Assembly (NCBI GenBank): GCA_963765765.1
Contig: CAVXYC010000015.1
Location: 352,001 to 416,000, forward strand
Length of the DNA stretch: 64,000 bases
Direction of reading: 5' to 3'
DNA from: an uncultured Chloroflexia bacterium
GTDB lineage: Bacteria; Chloroflexota; UBA6077; JACCZL01
Under the pieces are notes generated by a model, which was given only the letters and a program-made list of their open reading frames with translations, made no database searches and had not been told where the DNA came from. Positions 54,036 to 64,000 of the stretch are shown one piece after another; position 1 is the first letter of the stretch; the number at the start of each line of letters is the position of its first letter. Made by a program: the position numbers and the translations under genes.

Positions 54036-54415
54036 TTAAAGCTCTCCCGGGAATTCCTTCTTCTGCACGGGCTGGAAGTAGAGATCCAGTGCGTAGAACA
54101 GTGTGCGTGAGAACGGGTAGAAGAACACCGGGAACAGGATCATCGCCACGATTGAGACGACCGTGATGATCGTCCACGGCGGATTGGGCCAGGTCCAGAT
54201 GACGGCTGCGACAAGCCCAACAATCCAGACCAGCTCGGACGCCATCAGGTTGAAGAACATCGCTCCGACGAAGTGACCCTCGTCGCGTTCCAGCTTCAGC
54301 CGGAACCCGGGCAGACCGGTCGGACCTGTACCCAATGGGTGAAGAGCGGCCCTCCGGCGCAGGCTGGGCATCGCAGGGTGAGCGCGCGTGACAGCAAGAC
54401 GATGGCTTTGCGCAT
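54036..54415 (-). CDS. DUF983-like membrane protein (frameshifted)
   Basis: RALTLRCP..., LERDEGHFVGAM, FYPFSRTLF. Confidence 0.7.
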
Positions 54416-54456
54416 GGCGGTTCGGGGCCCCTGTTTTGAAGTGTAACTCCCCATAA

Positions 54457-55206
54457 TCAGCGAGCGATCATCGAGCCGCCGTCGACGAGAAAGTCTGAAC
54501 CGGTGATGAACTCAGCTCCGGGGGAGATCAAGAAGACCGCTGCATTGGCAACGTCTTGCGGTTGGCACTGGCGGCCCACCAGGTTCTTAATCGGATAGTT
54601 GCGCGACGGCTCATCCGGATCTACCTCGGTGGCCACGAGGTTCGGTGTGATCGAGTTCACCCGAATCTCATGTGGAGCGAGCTGGATCGCGACGGCCCGC
54701 GTCAGGTGTAGCACGCCCGCCTTAGCTGCTGGGTAGGCAGTGCGGTTATTCGGCGCCACGTAGCCCGTGGTGGATCCGAGGTTGATAATCCGGCCGCCTC
54801 GGCCTGCATCCGCCATCACGCGACCCACCGCGCGCGTGACCAGGAAGACGCTCTTAAGCGAGACGTTGATCACCCGATCCCACTCGGCCTCCTCCAGCTC
54901 CAGAATCGGCTTGCGGTCCACGATACCGACATTGTTGACCAGGACGTCGATGCGGCCAAATCGGTCCAGGACCCCGCGGACCATGCTGTCTACCTCGGCG
55001 GCCCGCGTCACGTCAGCGACCAGTGCTTGTGCGCGTTCCGGGTGCTTCTGGTTAATGGACGATGCGACGCGATCGGCCCGCGACGAGTTGGCGTCGGCTA
55101 CCGCGACTCGTAGGCCGAGTGACGCGAATGAGCGAGCAATCGCCTCGCCAACATTGCGGCCGGCGCCCGTAACCAGCGCTACGCGTTGTTCGCCATCTTC
55201 GAACAT
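54457..55206 (-). CDS. Short-chain dehydrogenase/reductase
   Basis: TGAGRNVG, LVNNVG, YPAAK. Confidence 0.9.
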   Translation of the reverse strand: MFEDGEQRVALVTGAGRNVGEAIARSFASLGLRVAVADANSSRADRVASSINQKHPERAQALVADVTRAAEVDSMVRGVLDRFGRIDVLVNNVGIVDRKPILELEEAEWDRVINVSLKSVFLVTRAVGRVMADAGRGGRIINLGSTTGYVAPNNRTAYPAAKAGVLHLTRAVAIQLAPHEIRVNSITPNLVATEVDPDEPSRNYPIKNLVGRQCQPQDVANAAVFLISPGAEFITGSDFLVDGGSMIAR

Positions 55207-55352
55207 TTTTCCTGCCCCCCGGGAGTGTAAGGGCATTATGCTCGTAGATACATTACGATCGCCGCGACGTTCCTGGCTCACGCGCCCGGGGCGTCCGCGC
55301 GAGCCAGGAAGGCAGGGCGCGGTCACGCCGCGTCGCCCACGAGGAGGACGAT

Positions 55353-56876
55353 TTGGTCGCAACACCGTCAAAGGCGCCGGGCGCTATGACCGGGCAGCGG
55401 TATGTGGAAAGCATGCGAGACAACCGCGAGGTCTGGATCGACGGCGAGAAGGTCAGAGACATCACCGTCCACCCTGCATTCAAAGACATGGTGCATGAGC
55501 TGGCGCGAGTCTACGACCTGCAGAACAGCGACCAGTACCGCGACGACATGACCTATCTTGACGAGGATAGCGGTGTCCGTACCAGCATCTCCTGGCTGGT
55601 CCCTCGCGCGCCGGAGGACTCCGAGCGCAAACGGCGCAACAGTGAGCTGTGGAACATGCTCACCTGGGGACAGCTCGGGCGCAGTCCCGACATTCTGGCG
55701 CCGTTCATCACCAACCTCGTGCCGCGGGCCGCGGCGTTCAGCGCGGTCAAGCACCCGAAATGCGACTTCGGCGAGAATGTCATCAACTACCACAAGTGGT
55801 GTCTGCAGAACGATCCATTCCTGACGCACGCACTGGGCGACCCACAGGTCGACCGCAGTGATCAGCCGCAGAACGAGCGGCGTGCCACGCCCGAAGATGA
55901 GAGCGTCGTCCTGCACGTGGTGGAAGAGACCAACGAGGGCATCATCGTCCAGGGCGGCAAGCAGCTCTCCACCGCGGCCGTTCACAGTAGCGAGACGTAC
56001 GTGTCGCTGTCACAGACATTCGCCGCCCGCAACGATCCGCGTTTCGTTCTAGCGTTCTCCATCCCGTCCAACTCGCCGGGCCTGAAGATCTTCTGCCGCG
56101 AGCCCGTGAGCCGCTGGCACGGTACGTGGGGCCACCCGTTCCTGATGCTGGACGAGCAGGACTGCATGCTGTTTTTTGAGCGCGTCCTGGTGCCGTGGGA
56201 CCGGGTGTTCATGCTCTACGAGGCGCCCAAGCTCGCCGGCCCGGGCGGTCACTTGGGCGGGTCCAGTCAGAACACGGCCGGCCTGGCGCCCCACGTGAAC
56301 TTCGCCGGCTGGGCCAATCTCACCCGAGCCCACTACCGCTTTCGCTTGATGACCGCGGTGGCCACGCTATGCGCCGAGTCGATTGGCGTGGTTGAGTTTC
56401 GCGAGGTGGCGGCCAAGCTAGGGGAGATGGCGACTTATTGCGAGATACTGCGCCACGCGATGGATGGCGTGGAGCACGGCAAGCAGCCGGTCGCACCCGG
56501 CCCTGGAGCCCTAGGCGTCTGGATCGCCCAGACCTCACGTCGGATGACTGGGCTGCTGATAGAGATCTGCGGCTCTGGCATCATGATGCAGCCCAGTGAG
56601 AATGACCTGGCCAATCCGGAGTTCCGTGAGTGCTTGGACCGGTACATGCGTGGTAAGGACGTGGACGTCGCTTACAAGTCGCGCCTGTTCCGCTTCGCTC
56701 ATGAGCTTGCCGCCTCGTCTTTCGGCATGCGCCAGGACATATACGAGTACTGGCACGGCGGCGACCCAAACCGCAACCGAATCAATCTCCTCCGCTCGTA
56801 CCAGCAGGACGACATCAAGAACCGCATCAAGGACATGTGCGGCAGCCCGCTCCCGCACGGAGAGTCAATCCAGTAG
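55353..56876 (+). CDS. 4-hydroxyphenylacetate 3-hydroxylase (HpaB-like) flavin monooxygenase component
   Basis: TGQRYVESMRDNREVWIDGEKV, LGRSPD, DPQVDRS, GIIVQGGK, DEQDCMLFFERVLVPWDRVF. Confidence 0.88.
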   Translation: MVATPSKAPGAMTGQRYVESMRDNREVWIDGEKVRDITVHPAFKDMVHELARVYDLQNSDQYRDDMTYLDEDSGVRTSISWLVPRAPEDSERKRRNSELWNMLTWGQLGRSPDILAPFITNLVPRAAAFSAVKHPKCDFGENVINYHKWCLQNDPFLTHALGDPQVDRSDQPQNERRATPEDESVVLHVVEETNEGIIVQGGKQLSTAAVHSSETYVSLSQTFAARNDPRFVLAFSIPSNSPGLKIFCREPVSRWHGTWGHPFLMLDEQDCMLFFERVLVPWDRVFMLYEAPKLAGPGGHLGGSSQNTAGLAPHVNFAGWANLTRAHYRFRLMTAVATLCAESIGVVEFREVAAKLGEMATYCEILRHAMDGVEHGKQPVAPGPGALGVWIAQTSRRMTGLLIEICGSGIMMQPSENDLANPEFRECLDRYMRGKDVDVAYKSRLFRFAHELAASSFGMRQDIYEYWHGGDPNRNRINLLRSYQQDDIKNRIKDMCGSPLPHGESIQ

Positions 56877-57011
56877 ACGAAATCCACGACCGCCTCCGAG
56901 TCGCGATGGGCTCTGGACGGTTGTGGATTGTGGATCCGGATACCGAGCGCGCCTGACCAGTTCGACTTCTTTAAGGTTCAACCAAGGTTCGGTCGGTACG
57001 ATGGGTGCAGA

Positions 57012-57508
57012 TGACTAGTCTCTGGAGACTTCACTGCATGCATCGTTTACATCGATTCGCCTCAGTAATTCTGGCCGTAATTGCGCCAATGTCAGTCGCG
57101 GCCTGCAGCCAGCCAGCCGCCAGCTCGCCTACCGCGGCCGCTTCCAATCCCACCCAGTCCACCGCACCGGCCGCGGCGGCGTCTCCGGCTAGCTCGGCAC
57201 CCGCCGCGTCTCCGGCAACGGGTAGCGCCGCGGCCGCATCGCCCGCGGCCAGCCCGGCGGCTTCAAGCGCCGCCCCGGCCGCGAGCACCGCGGGGAAAGT
57301 CAACGCCAATACCGCGTCCGTCCCAGAGCTTCAGGCAGCGTTTGAAGCGGCGGGTGTAACAAATGCCGTTCGTTGGGCACGCGAGGTGGAGGAGTACCGT
57401 CCATATCCGACCAATGATCCCTCGTTCGCCAAGCTCCGACAGGAGTTGGCGAAGTACAACCCCGCGCCAGACGTCCTTGAGAAAATCCTCGCGTCGCTGA
57501 CGCTCTAG
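57012..57508 (+). CDS. Lipoprotein with an Ala/Ser/Pro linker and an HhH-like C-terminal domain
   Basis: VAACS lipobox; KVNANTASVPELQAAF. Confidence 0.65.
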
Positions 57509-57511
57509 ATT

Positions 57512-57994
57512 GTGGAGAGCGCTGAAGCCCCATCATCGACCGTTGCCTTGATGCGCCGTGGCGTCCTGGGTCTGGGCGCCACGGCGCTCATCGCAACGGG
57601 GCTCGAGCTCGCCATGGAGCAGCATTGGAAGCCGGGTAGCCAGCTCGTTCCGTGGGTATCGCTGGTGGGAAGCGTTGTAGCCATCATATTGCTGGTGCGG
57701 CGTTCGCCAACCCGGACGCAGGTGCGAATTGCTCAGGTCTTGGCCGCGCTGGTGATGCTGAGCGCCGCGTATGGCGTATTCGAGCACGCGCTTGCGAACT
57801 ACGAGTCCGCGCCGTTGGACTTCCGATTCTCGGACACGTGGGATAGTTTGAGCGAGCTATCTCGGCAGTGGATCGCGGTCACACACCAGGTCGGGCCATC
57901 GCCCACACTTGCTCCCCTTGCACTGGCTTATGGCTCGGTCTGTGTGCTGCTGGCGACGTTGAGACATCCAGCGCTCGACTCGCTCCAACAGTGA
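57512..57994 (+). CDS. 4-TM membrane protein
   Basis: Hydrophobic segments, PTLAPLAL; co-directional with the lipoprotein. Confidence 0.65.
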   Translation: MESAEAPSSTVALMRRGVLGLGATALIATGLELAMEQHWKPGSQLVPWVSLVGSVVAIILLVRRSPTRTQVRIAQVLAALVMLSAAYGVFEHALANYESAPLDFRFSDTWDSLSELSRQWIAVTHQVGPSPTLAPLALAYGSVCVLLATLRHPALDSLQQ

Positions 57995-58140
57995 GCGGAC
58001 TCGCTGCGATTTGACGATCAAACTGTGAAATGGTGGACATTTCTCATGTCGGCTAGCTTGGTACGATTTCCGTGCTGAGTGATGACTGAATCCCATCCGG
58101 GGCAAATTGGTCGCTCGGTCGCGGAATTCCTAGCGAGAGG

Positions 58141-58797
58141 TTGCTCACCATGAGCGCCGTCAATGCACACCAAACCCAATCGATTGACGCCGATAAGCTT
58201 ATTCGCTGGAGCGGACTGACGCTCATCCTGGCCGGGCTCTTGTTCGGGCTGTTCCCATTTGCTCATCCTAACCATGATCCTGAGGGATTTCGCGGAGCCG
58301 CCTGGATTCCCGCGCACTTGATGCCCAATGTGGGGGCCATCGTGGCGCTCTTTGGACTAGTTGGCCTGTTCGTTCGTCAGTTTGGAGCCGCGGGCAGGTT
58401 GGGGTTGGCGGGGTTCATCACCTCGATTATCGGTACCGCTTCGTTCGTCTCGGGATTGATGATTGAAGCATTCATCATTCCCTACATGAGTCTGGAGCTG
58501 CCGCAGCCAGTTGACTTTGAAGGACCGCCTCCTCCCGGCATCGGAGAGGCATTCATAGTCGTGCGCATGCTCTTCATGCTGGGCTTCGTACTGGTGGGGG
58601 CCGCGGTAATAAAGGCGAGGATCCTGCCGCGCGGTGTTGGTATCCTGCTGATAGTGGCCACCCTGGTGAACACGTTTGGCGACATGATCATCGGCGAGCC
58701 AGCCTTCTACTTAGGTTCCGTGCTCTTCGGCGTCGCGTTGGGTTGGCTGGGGTATGCGCTCTCGTCGGAGTCTAAGGGCAGGCTCGTTTCACAATGA
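58141..58797 (+). CDS. Multi-pass membrane protein
   Basis: About 6 TM segments. Confidence 0.7.
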   Translation: MLTMSAVNAHQTQSIDADKLIRWSGLTLILAGLLFGLFPFAHPNHDPEGFRGAAWIPAHLMPNVGAIVALFGLVGLFVRQFGAAGRLGLAGFITSIIGTASFVSGLMIEAFIIPYMSLELPQPVDFEGPPPPGIGEAFIVVRMLFMLGFVLVGAAVIKARILPRGVGILLIVATLVNTFGDMIIGEPAFYLGSVLFGVALGWLGYALSSESKGRLVSQ

Positions 58798-58815
58798 TTG
58801 AGTTGACTTTCTAGA

Positions 58816-58881
58816 ACAGGCGACTCTGCCAGTCCTGTGCGTCCGAATGTGAGCTCGCTCTGGACAGGCAGAGACGCCTGT
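58816..58881. terminator. Long hairpin between convergent genes
   Basis: ACAGGCG-A-CTCTGCC-A-GTCC ... GGAC-A-GGCAGAG-A-CGCCTGT. Confidence 0.5.
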
Positions 58882-58904
58882 CCTCCAGGTCAGACGCAGC
58901 GCTG

Positions 58905-60092
58905 TTAGATGAGCGAGGGCGTTTCTACCGTATGGGCCTGCAGACGCGGCAGGACCTCCTGGCCGAACCGACGTATCTGGTTCTCGAACATCTCGTGCGG
59001 CATGGCGCCGCGGTTCATGCTCACGAGAACGGTGTTCGCACCGGCATGGTCGGCTTCGTCGATGATGCGCTCCACAATCTCGTCGGAGTCTCCCCAGGGC
59101 AGGTACTCGGCGAGATGCTGGACGTCCTCGAGCGTCATGCCGCGATAGTGCTCGCGCTCTCCTGAGACGCCATCGCGATTCTCCGGTCGCAGGTAATCGA
59201 ATGATGCCGAGCTGAGATAGCCGGTCTCACGCTGGACGCTCGCCTCAGTGGCGTTGCCGTGACTGAAGAGCACGTGGTTGAAATAGAGGAAGTACGGTGC
59301 ATTCTCTTTGACCGCTTGAGCCTTACTGTCGGCAACATAGGCGTTGGCCTGGATGATCAAATGGTCTGGCGTGAGTTCGTGTCCGTTCGATTTCAGGCAG
59401 GACGCATAGTACTTGGTAATGTCCTCGCGAACACCCCGATGCGCTCCCAGCCCGGGGGTGATGGGGATGTTCTCGCGTCCGGCCCACTCAATCGTCTCTT
59501 TGCTGCCGGTCACGGGCACCCAAACCGGCGGGCGCGGCTGCTGGACCGGCCGTGGCCAGATAGCCAAGTCGCGATACGACCAGAACCTCCCCTCATAGGA
59601 GAACACGTCGTCTGTCCAGGCGCGGCGGATGATCTCCCAGGCTTCTTCGAAACGCGCTCGCGACTCCGGGTGCGGAACCCCGTACACGTTGTACTCGCGC
59701 GGAATCCCGCGCGCGAAGCCTGACACGATGCGGCCGTTCGATAGGCAATCAAGCATGGCCAGCTCTTCAGCCAACCGCAGGGGTTCGTGGAGCGGTAGCA
59801 AGTTTCCGTAGATGAGCAGCTTGATATTCTTCGTTCGCTGAGCGGCCGAGGCGGCCAGCAGATTGGGCGAGTTCATCAGGCCATACGGAGAGGTGTGATG
59901 CTCGTTGAACCCGACACCGTCGAACCCGAGCTGATCCATGAGCTCCCAGGCCTGAAGATGCTCCACGTATGTCTGGACCGCGACGTCGGGCTTAAAGTGC
60001 TTCTTCGAGAGGGGCCACGGCAGCTCTGTCCCCTCGACGAGATGGTCCAGGTGCTCGCCGTACGGCAGCAGATCAAACACGAAGACCTTCAT
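58905..60092 (-). CDS. LLM-class (luciferase-like) flavin-dependent oxidoreductase
   Basis: GFNEHH, PLRLAEELAMLDCLSNGRIVSGFARG, PRPVQQPRPPVW. Confidence 0.92.
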   Translation of the reverse strand: MKVFVFDLLPYGEHLDHLVEGTELPWPLSKKHFKPDVAVQTYVEHLQAWELMDQLGFDGVGFNEHHTSPYGLMNSPNLLAASAAQRTKNIKLLIYGNLLPLHEPLRLAEELAMLDCLSNGRIVSGFARGIPREYNVYGVPHPESRARFEEAWEIIRRAWTDDVFSYEGRFWSYRDLAIWPRPVQQPRPPVWVPVTGSKETIEWAGRENIPITPGLGAHRGVREDITKYYASCLKSNGHELTPDHLIIQANAYVADSKAQAVKENAPYFLYFNHVLFSHGNATEASVQRETGYLSSASFDYLRPENRDGVSGEREHYRGMTLEDVQHLAEYLPWGDSDEIVERIIDEADHAGANTVLVSMNRGAMPHEMFENQIRRFGQEVLPRLQAHTVETPSLI

Positions 60093-60227
60093 TGGATGAC
60101 TCCTCAGTACATGCATCGGGTCGGACTCCCGCCGGGCTTCACGGACCGTCGGTCAACGATACCGTGAATGCTCCGCACCGTGGGAGTGATGGCGGCATAA
60201 TGCCCAGCGCAGACTTGCCTCGAGGAC

Positions 60228-61106
60228 GTGACTATGACGGCCAGAACCGAGCCGATTACCTTCCAGTCAGACGAACTGACAATAAGCGGCATCTTTCACC
60301 ACCCTGTCGCGGCGCCCGCGTCGGGCAAGGCCGCGGCGTTCATGGTGCTCCATGGATTCGGTGGCACCAAGAACGGTGGTGGTTCCGTAGCGACGGCTGA
60401 ACATCTTGCGGAACGTGGCTACGCGGCGCTCAGGATCGATTTCAGAGGGTGTGGCGAAAGCGAAGGCGAGCGTGGACTGGTGTTGTGCCTGGATCAGGTC
60501 AGTGACACGCGCAACGGTCTGACGTATCTCCAGAGTCGGGATGACGTTGACGGGAGTCGCCTAGGAGCTATCGGCGCTAGCTTTGGGGCAGCGGTCGCCG
60601 TCTACTCGGCTGGGGTGGACGACCGAATTGGTGCCACCGTCTCGATTGGTGGATGGGGAGATGGCGAGCGCAAGTTCCGCAGACAGCACTCCTCGCCCGA
60701 GGCATGGGAGAAATTCTCCACCATGCTGGAAGAGGGTGCCCGTCGTGCCGCTCGTGGGGAGCGGATGATGGTGCCCAGGTTCGACATCGTCCCCATTCCG
60801 CCCCATCTACGAAACAATCTTGCAGCCGGCTCGCACACTGAGTTCCCATGGGAGGTGGCGCGTAGCATGTACGACTTCCGCGCCGACGAGGTCGTTGGGA
60901 ACATAGCTCCACGGCCGCTTTTGCTCATCCACGCATCCAACGATTCAGTCACGCCGACACAGGAATCCGTGGAGATGTTCTCACGCGCCGGTCAGCCGAC
61001 CGACTTGCATTTATTCGCGGAAGTTGATCACTTTCTCTCATCTGAGAAGAAGTCGCGAGTGACGGAGATGCTGGATGCCTGGTTGGAGCGGTACTTTGCA
61101 GCCTGA
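60228..61106 (+). CDS. Alpha/beta-fold hydrolase
   Basis: LHGFGG, DFRGCGESEG, GASFG nucleophile elbow, PLLLIH..ND, DH. Confidence 0.88.
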   Translation: MTMTARTEPITFQSDELTISGIFHHPVAAPASGKAAAFMVLHGFGGTKNGGGSVATAEHLAERGYAALRIDFRGCGESEGERGLVLCLDQVSDTRNGLTYLQSRDDVDGSRLGAIGASFGAAVAVYSAGVDDRIGATVSIGGWGDGERKFRRQHSSPEAWEKFSTMLEEGARRAARGERMMVPRFDIVPIPPHLRNNLAAGSHTEFPWEVARSMYDFRADEVVGNIAPRPLLLIHASNDSVTPTQESVEMFSRAGQPTDLHLFAEVDHFLSSEKKSRVTEMLDAWLERYFAA

Positions 61107-61199
61107 CGCCTTTTTGGTCTGACACCGTCGGGGGTGTGCTTCTAGCTCTCATCGCCATGGCGCCAAGCAGGCCGCCGCACGCGCCGCGCTCGATTCCAT

Positions 61200-61350
61200 A
61201 AGTGTGGCACCTGGCTCGCTAGTGCACAGAATCCGCAACGATATGCCTGCTGAGGCAGCCGTGTTGGCCAACGGGATCCAGTGGCTACGCAACCTTGGTG
61301 GAGCGACGATCGGAGAAGCGGTCGTCATCCAGGGGCCCGGCACTATGGGC
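61200..61350 (+). pseudogene. Fragment of a zinc-dependent (MDR) alcohol dehydrogenase
   Basis: PGSLVHRI...AEAAV.ANGIQW...GEAVVIQGPG; no start or remainder of the gene. Confidence 0.5.
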
Positions 61351-61430
61351 TCACATCAACCGTCGCGGCCAATGAGTGGGGTGTCTTGCCCATGCGAACG
61401 ACCGGGCAAGATGCCCGACCTCACTCGGAG

Positions 61431-62792
61431 TCACCCCTGGGCTTTGATTGGCTTCCTCGCCAGCACCATCAGCAGCGATGCGACCACGAACGCTCCAATG
61501 AAGATCAGGATGATGCTCTGGTAACTACCGGTCGTATCGTAGGCGGCGGCCGCCGCCACGGGGCCCAGTCCGAGACCGAGCATGTTGATGGGTGTGACCA
61601 CACCGCTGATCGCGCCGAATGACCGTCGGCCAAAATAATGGGACACCAGAATGGGTCCCATGGCTGCCTCGCCGCGCGCGGTCAGGCCAAACAGGGCGGC
61701 GAACAGGTACGCGGTGATCGGATTATTTGCCACTAATAGCAGGGCCAGCGAAAAAGCCGAGATGCCGAAGGTGCCGACGCTGATCGCTCGGATCGAGAAA
61801 CGTTCCGCGAGAAATCCCCAGATGCCACTTCCCACAGCGCCGGCAAGGGCGAACACGCTCAACGTTCCGGCGGCTACCGTTGGGTCGAAATCGGCATCGG
61901 TGAAATAGGCTGCCATGTTGAAGGCGATGCCGCCGCTAGCCAACGTGCCCAGACCGAGACACAGGGCGATAAGCCATAGCGATGGTGTATGGATCGCCTC
62001 CTGAAGCGTCCAGCTCACCTCGCCGCTCGGGTCGTCTAGCCTCTTTGATCCCGCGTCGCTTTCAACATGGACAGGCTCTGGGGCTCCATCCGGAAGTAGA
62101 CCGAAATCCTCAGGTTGGCGACGCAAGAAGAGAGCGGTTGGCACGACGACGAGAGCCAATAGCAGTATGGCAAGCGTGATGAACGTCGAGCGCCAGCCGT
62201 GATGGTTGATCATGAACTGGTAAACCAATGCCATTACTGAGGCGCCGAGCGGCACCGCCATGGTCACCAGGCCAATCGCTCGCGGACGCTGACGATAGAA
62301 CCAATTGGCCACGGCAGTTACCGGCACAACGCCGATGAGCATGCCGTGCGAGATCGCTCGCGCGGGGATGTACGCCAGATAGAATTGCCATGGCTCCGTG
62401 ACCATTGCCAGGGCAATGGCCAGTAAGCCCATCAGAACCGCGCCCAGGGGCATCAGCACGCGCGGGCCGAACTTGTCCGCGAACCTGCCGGCAAGTGGCG
62501 TAACGATTCCGCCGACGAATGTGCCCCCGGCGACGGCTCCAGCCATGAGCGATCGACTCCAGCCGAGATCGTCGGCCATCGGCTTGAAGATCACCCCCAT
62601 ATTGACGTTGTTCAGGCCAGAGCCGATAAATGCTGCAAGCATGGCCACGGCGACCACAAACCAGCCGTAAAAGAACGGCAAGACCTTCGCGATGCCAGGC
62701 AACCTGGAAGACGGATTTTGAGGATCCGCCGACGGATCAAGTGAACCTTCCGTCGCTCGTCGCACGTCTTTCGGCGTGGCGACGTCAGTCAT
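61431..62792 (-). CDS. MFS transporter (OFA/MCT-like)
   Basis: FFYGWFVV, GRFADKFGPR, NWFYRQR, PEDFGLLPDG, YFGRRSFG. Confidence 0.9.
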   Translation of the reverse strand: MTDVATPKDVRRATEGSLDPSADPQNPSSRLPGIAKVLPFFYGWFVVAVAMLAAFIGSGLNNVNMGVIFKPMADDLGWSRSLMAGAVAGGTFVGGIVTPLAGRFADKFGPRVLMPLGAVLMGLLAIALAMVTEPWQFYLAYIPARAISHGMLIGVVPVTAVANWFYRQRPRAIGLVTMAVPLGASVMALVYQFMINHHGWRSTFITLAILLLALVVVPTALFLRRQPEDFGLLPDGAPEPVHVESDAGSKRLDDPSGEVSWTLQEAIHTPSLWLIALCLGLGTLASGGIAFNMAAYFTDADFDPTVAAGTLSVFALAGAVGSGIWGFLAERFSIRAISVGTFGISAFSLALLLVANNPITAYLFAALFGLTARGEAAMGPILVSHYFGRRSFGAISGVVTPINMLGLGLGPVAAAAAYDTTGSYQSIILIFIGAFVVASLLMVLARKPIKAQG

Positions 62793-63795
62793 ATGGCGGG
62801 AACCGGAAGGCCATCTCCTGTCCCAACATTCCGCCGTGTCCGAGCTCCACCAGCGCCTCGCGTGTGACCGGAACACCGGCGAAGAGCCGCGGCATGATCA
62901 AATCTAGCACCGTCTTGTGTGAGAACATCTCGCAGGATGACAAACCAAAGAGCGGCACGCCGTGTACTTCAACGATCCAGAAGAGCGAGCCAGGATGGAT
63001 CGGTACGCCATGCTTCACCAGTTTGGCGTCAAGCTGCCGCAATGCCCCGAAGAGCGGCTCGAGCGGATCGAGCGAGCTCGCACCCGCGACCATCAGGAGG
63101 TCGAGGTCCTTGCACGCGAGCGCGCTCAGGCGACGCTTGAACGACGGCTCATCGTTGTCTGTTTGCTCGAGCGCGACGAGCGTACCGCCATACCAGCCGA
63201 GCTTACGCTCTAGCGCTGAGCGAAACCGGTCCAGGTTGGAGACATTCACGCGCTCCGCAACGAGCACTCCAACGCGCAACGGCTGGAAAGCCAGGACTTC
63301 CAGGGGCGGTTGCGATTTTGCGATCGCCTCAGCTCGTTCAATGCGTTCTCTCGGCATCAAGATTGGAGTGACCTTGACGCCTGCCAGCGGCGCCCCCTCA
63401 TTCACGGGCTGATAATCGAAGCGCGTCAGAATGGAGATGCCGTCTATTCCGTTTAGCTCGCGTAGGACCTCCTGATGTACCCGGAGCAGACCGCGGCGAT
63501 CGGAGATCAGCTCATATTGACTCTCAGATGGACCGCTGACTCGAATCCCATCGCCAGCGACGGCGCGGACGAGACGGATGCCGGCTTCGTTTTCGTGAAG
63601 CTCGGTCGCCTCCGGCTCCAGGAGATGAAGCTCTCGATCACCAAGGGGCACAAGCATGGCGATTAGCTCTGGTGAAATCACATCGCCTTTGCGGGCGAGG
63701 ATGCGCTTTTTCCCAGTTTCTGTGACGGTGTGGGCTATCACCCAACCGGACTGACATTGAGTGAGCGCCTGGGCGGTTACGGTGTGCGGAATCAT
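62785..63795 (-). CDS. Molybdopterin-binding (MoeA/MoCF-like) domain protein
   Basis: LHENEAG, AGASSLDPLE, GVPIHPGSLFW, LGHGG. Confidence 0.8.
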   Translation of the reverse strand: MIPHTVTAQALTQCQSGWVIAHTVTETGKKRILARKGDVISPELIAMLVPLGDRELHLLEPEATELHENEAGIRLVRAVAGDGIRVSGPSESQYELISDRRGLLRVHQEVLRELNGIDGISILTRFDYQPVNEGAPLAGVKVTPILMPRERIERAEAIAKSQPPLEVLAFQPLRVGVLVAERVNVSNLDRFRSALERKLGWYGGTLVALEQTDNDEPSFKRRLSALACKDLDLLMVAGASSLDPLEPLFGALRQLDAKLVKHGVPIHPGSLFWIVEVHGVPLFGLSSCEMFSHKTVLDLIMPRLFAGVPVTREALVELGHGGMLGQEMAFRFPPYD

Positions 63796-64000
63796 CGTGG
63801 CGCCCCTTCCAGGCTGAGCATGTGGCCGGCGCGCCAGTCGGCGACGATTCGCTCGTCATGATCGAATGCCATGGGTGGAAGCTGCTCGGGCGGAAAAGCT
63901 GCGACTTCGCTCATCTCATCAGCCGCGATTGGCTCACCTTCGATAATTTCCGCTCCGTATACCACAAGGATCAGTGCTCGGCCGGCCTGGGAGTACACAC
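63792..64000 (-). CDS. NUDIX-like hydrolase, C-terminal part (runs off the right edge)
   Basis: VYSQAGR..ILVVY.A...DEMSEVAAF....P.MAFDH; ATGA overlap with the next gene. Confidence 0.7.
   Translation of the reverse strand, partial: VYSQAGRALILVVYGAEIIEGEPIAADEMSEVAAFPPEQLPPMAFDHDERIVADWRAGHMLSLEGAPR

Overview
High-GC bacterial chromosome segment, probably Chloroflexota (inferred from the 16S 5' region and the Pro/Ala-rich-linker lipoprotein style). It carries many single-base indels that look like long-read consensus errors. From left to right: (1) 1-13.3 kb, ABC/MFS transport and hydrolase genes. (2) A complete 1508-bp ISKra4-like IS with inverted repeats and a 9-bp target duplication, sitting 16 bp upstream of the rrn P1 -35 box. 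(3) An rrn operon (16S, tRNA-Ile, 23S, 5S) followed by tRNA-fMet and tRNA-Glu. (4) A ~21-kb stress/gas-vesicle region (21.7-42.9 kb) with a gvpA-F-G-L-S-orf-K-J type operon (three GvpF/L paralogues), CsbD, SRPBCC, a TM-helix-repeat/MscS-like gene, GlsB/YeaQ and a ParA ATPase. (5) A cyclase-STAND-TPR gene, lemA, and an aromatic/redox catabolic block (HMG-CoA lyase-like, SDRs, Rieske oxygenase, HpaB-like, LLM). The strongest candidate for an undescribed system is in region 4. Six otherwise unrecognisable proteins share one ~30-aa amphipathic helical motif (LQxQIxxA[LV]xP..[ED][FL]xQQ[IV]xx[AS]V[RQ]EQ). One lies inside the gvp operon, three lie just downstream, one is fused to CsbD, and one is translationally coupled to ParA. 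GvpA itself carries a C-terminal winged-helix-like domain, and sigma54-type -24/-12 motifs precede six transcription units of the region. This suggests an unknown coat/clustering/positioning apparatus for gas vesicles. That functional reading is inference and has not been tested.
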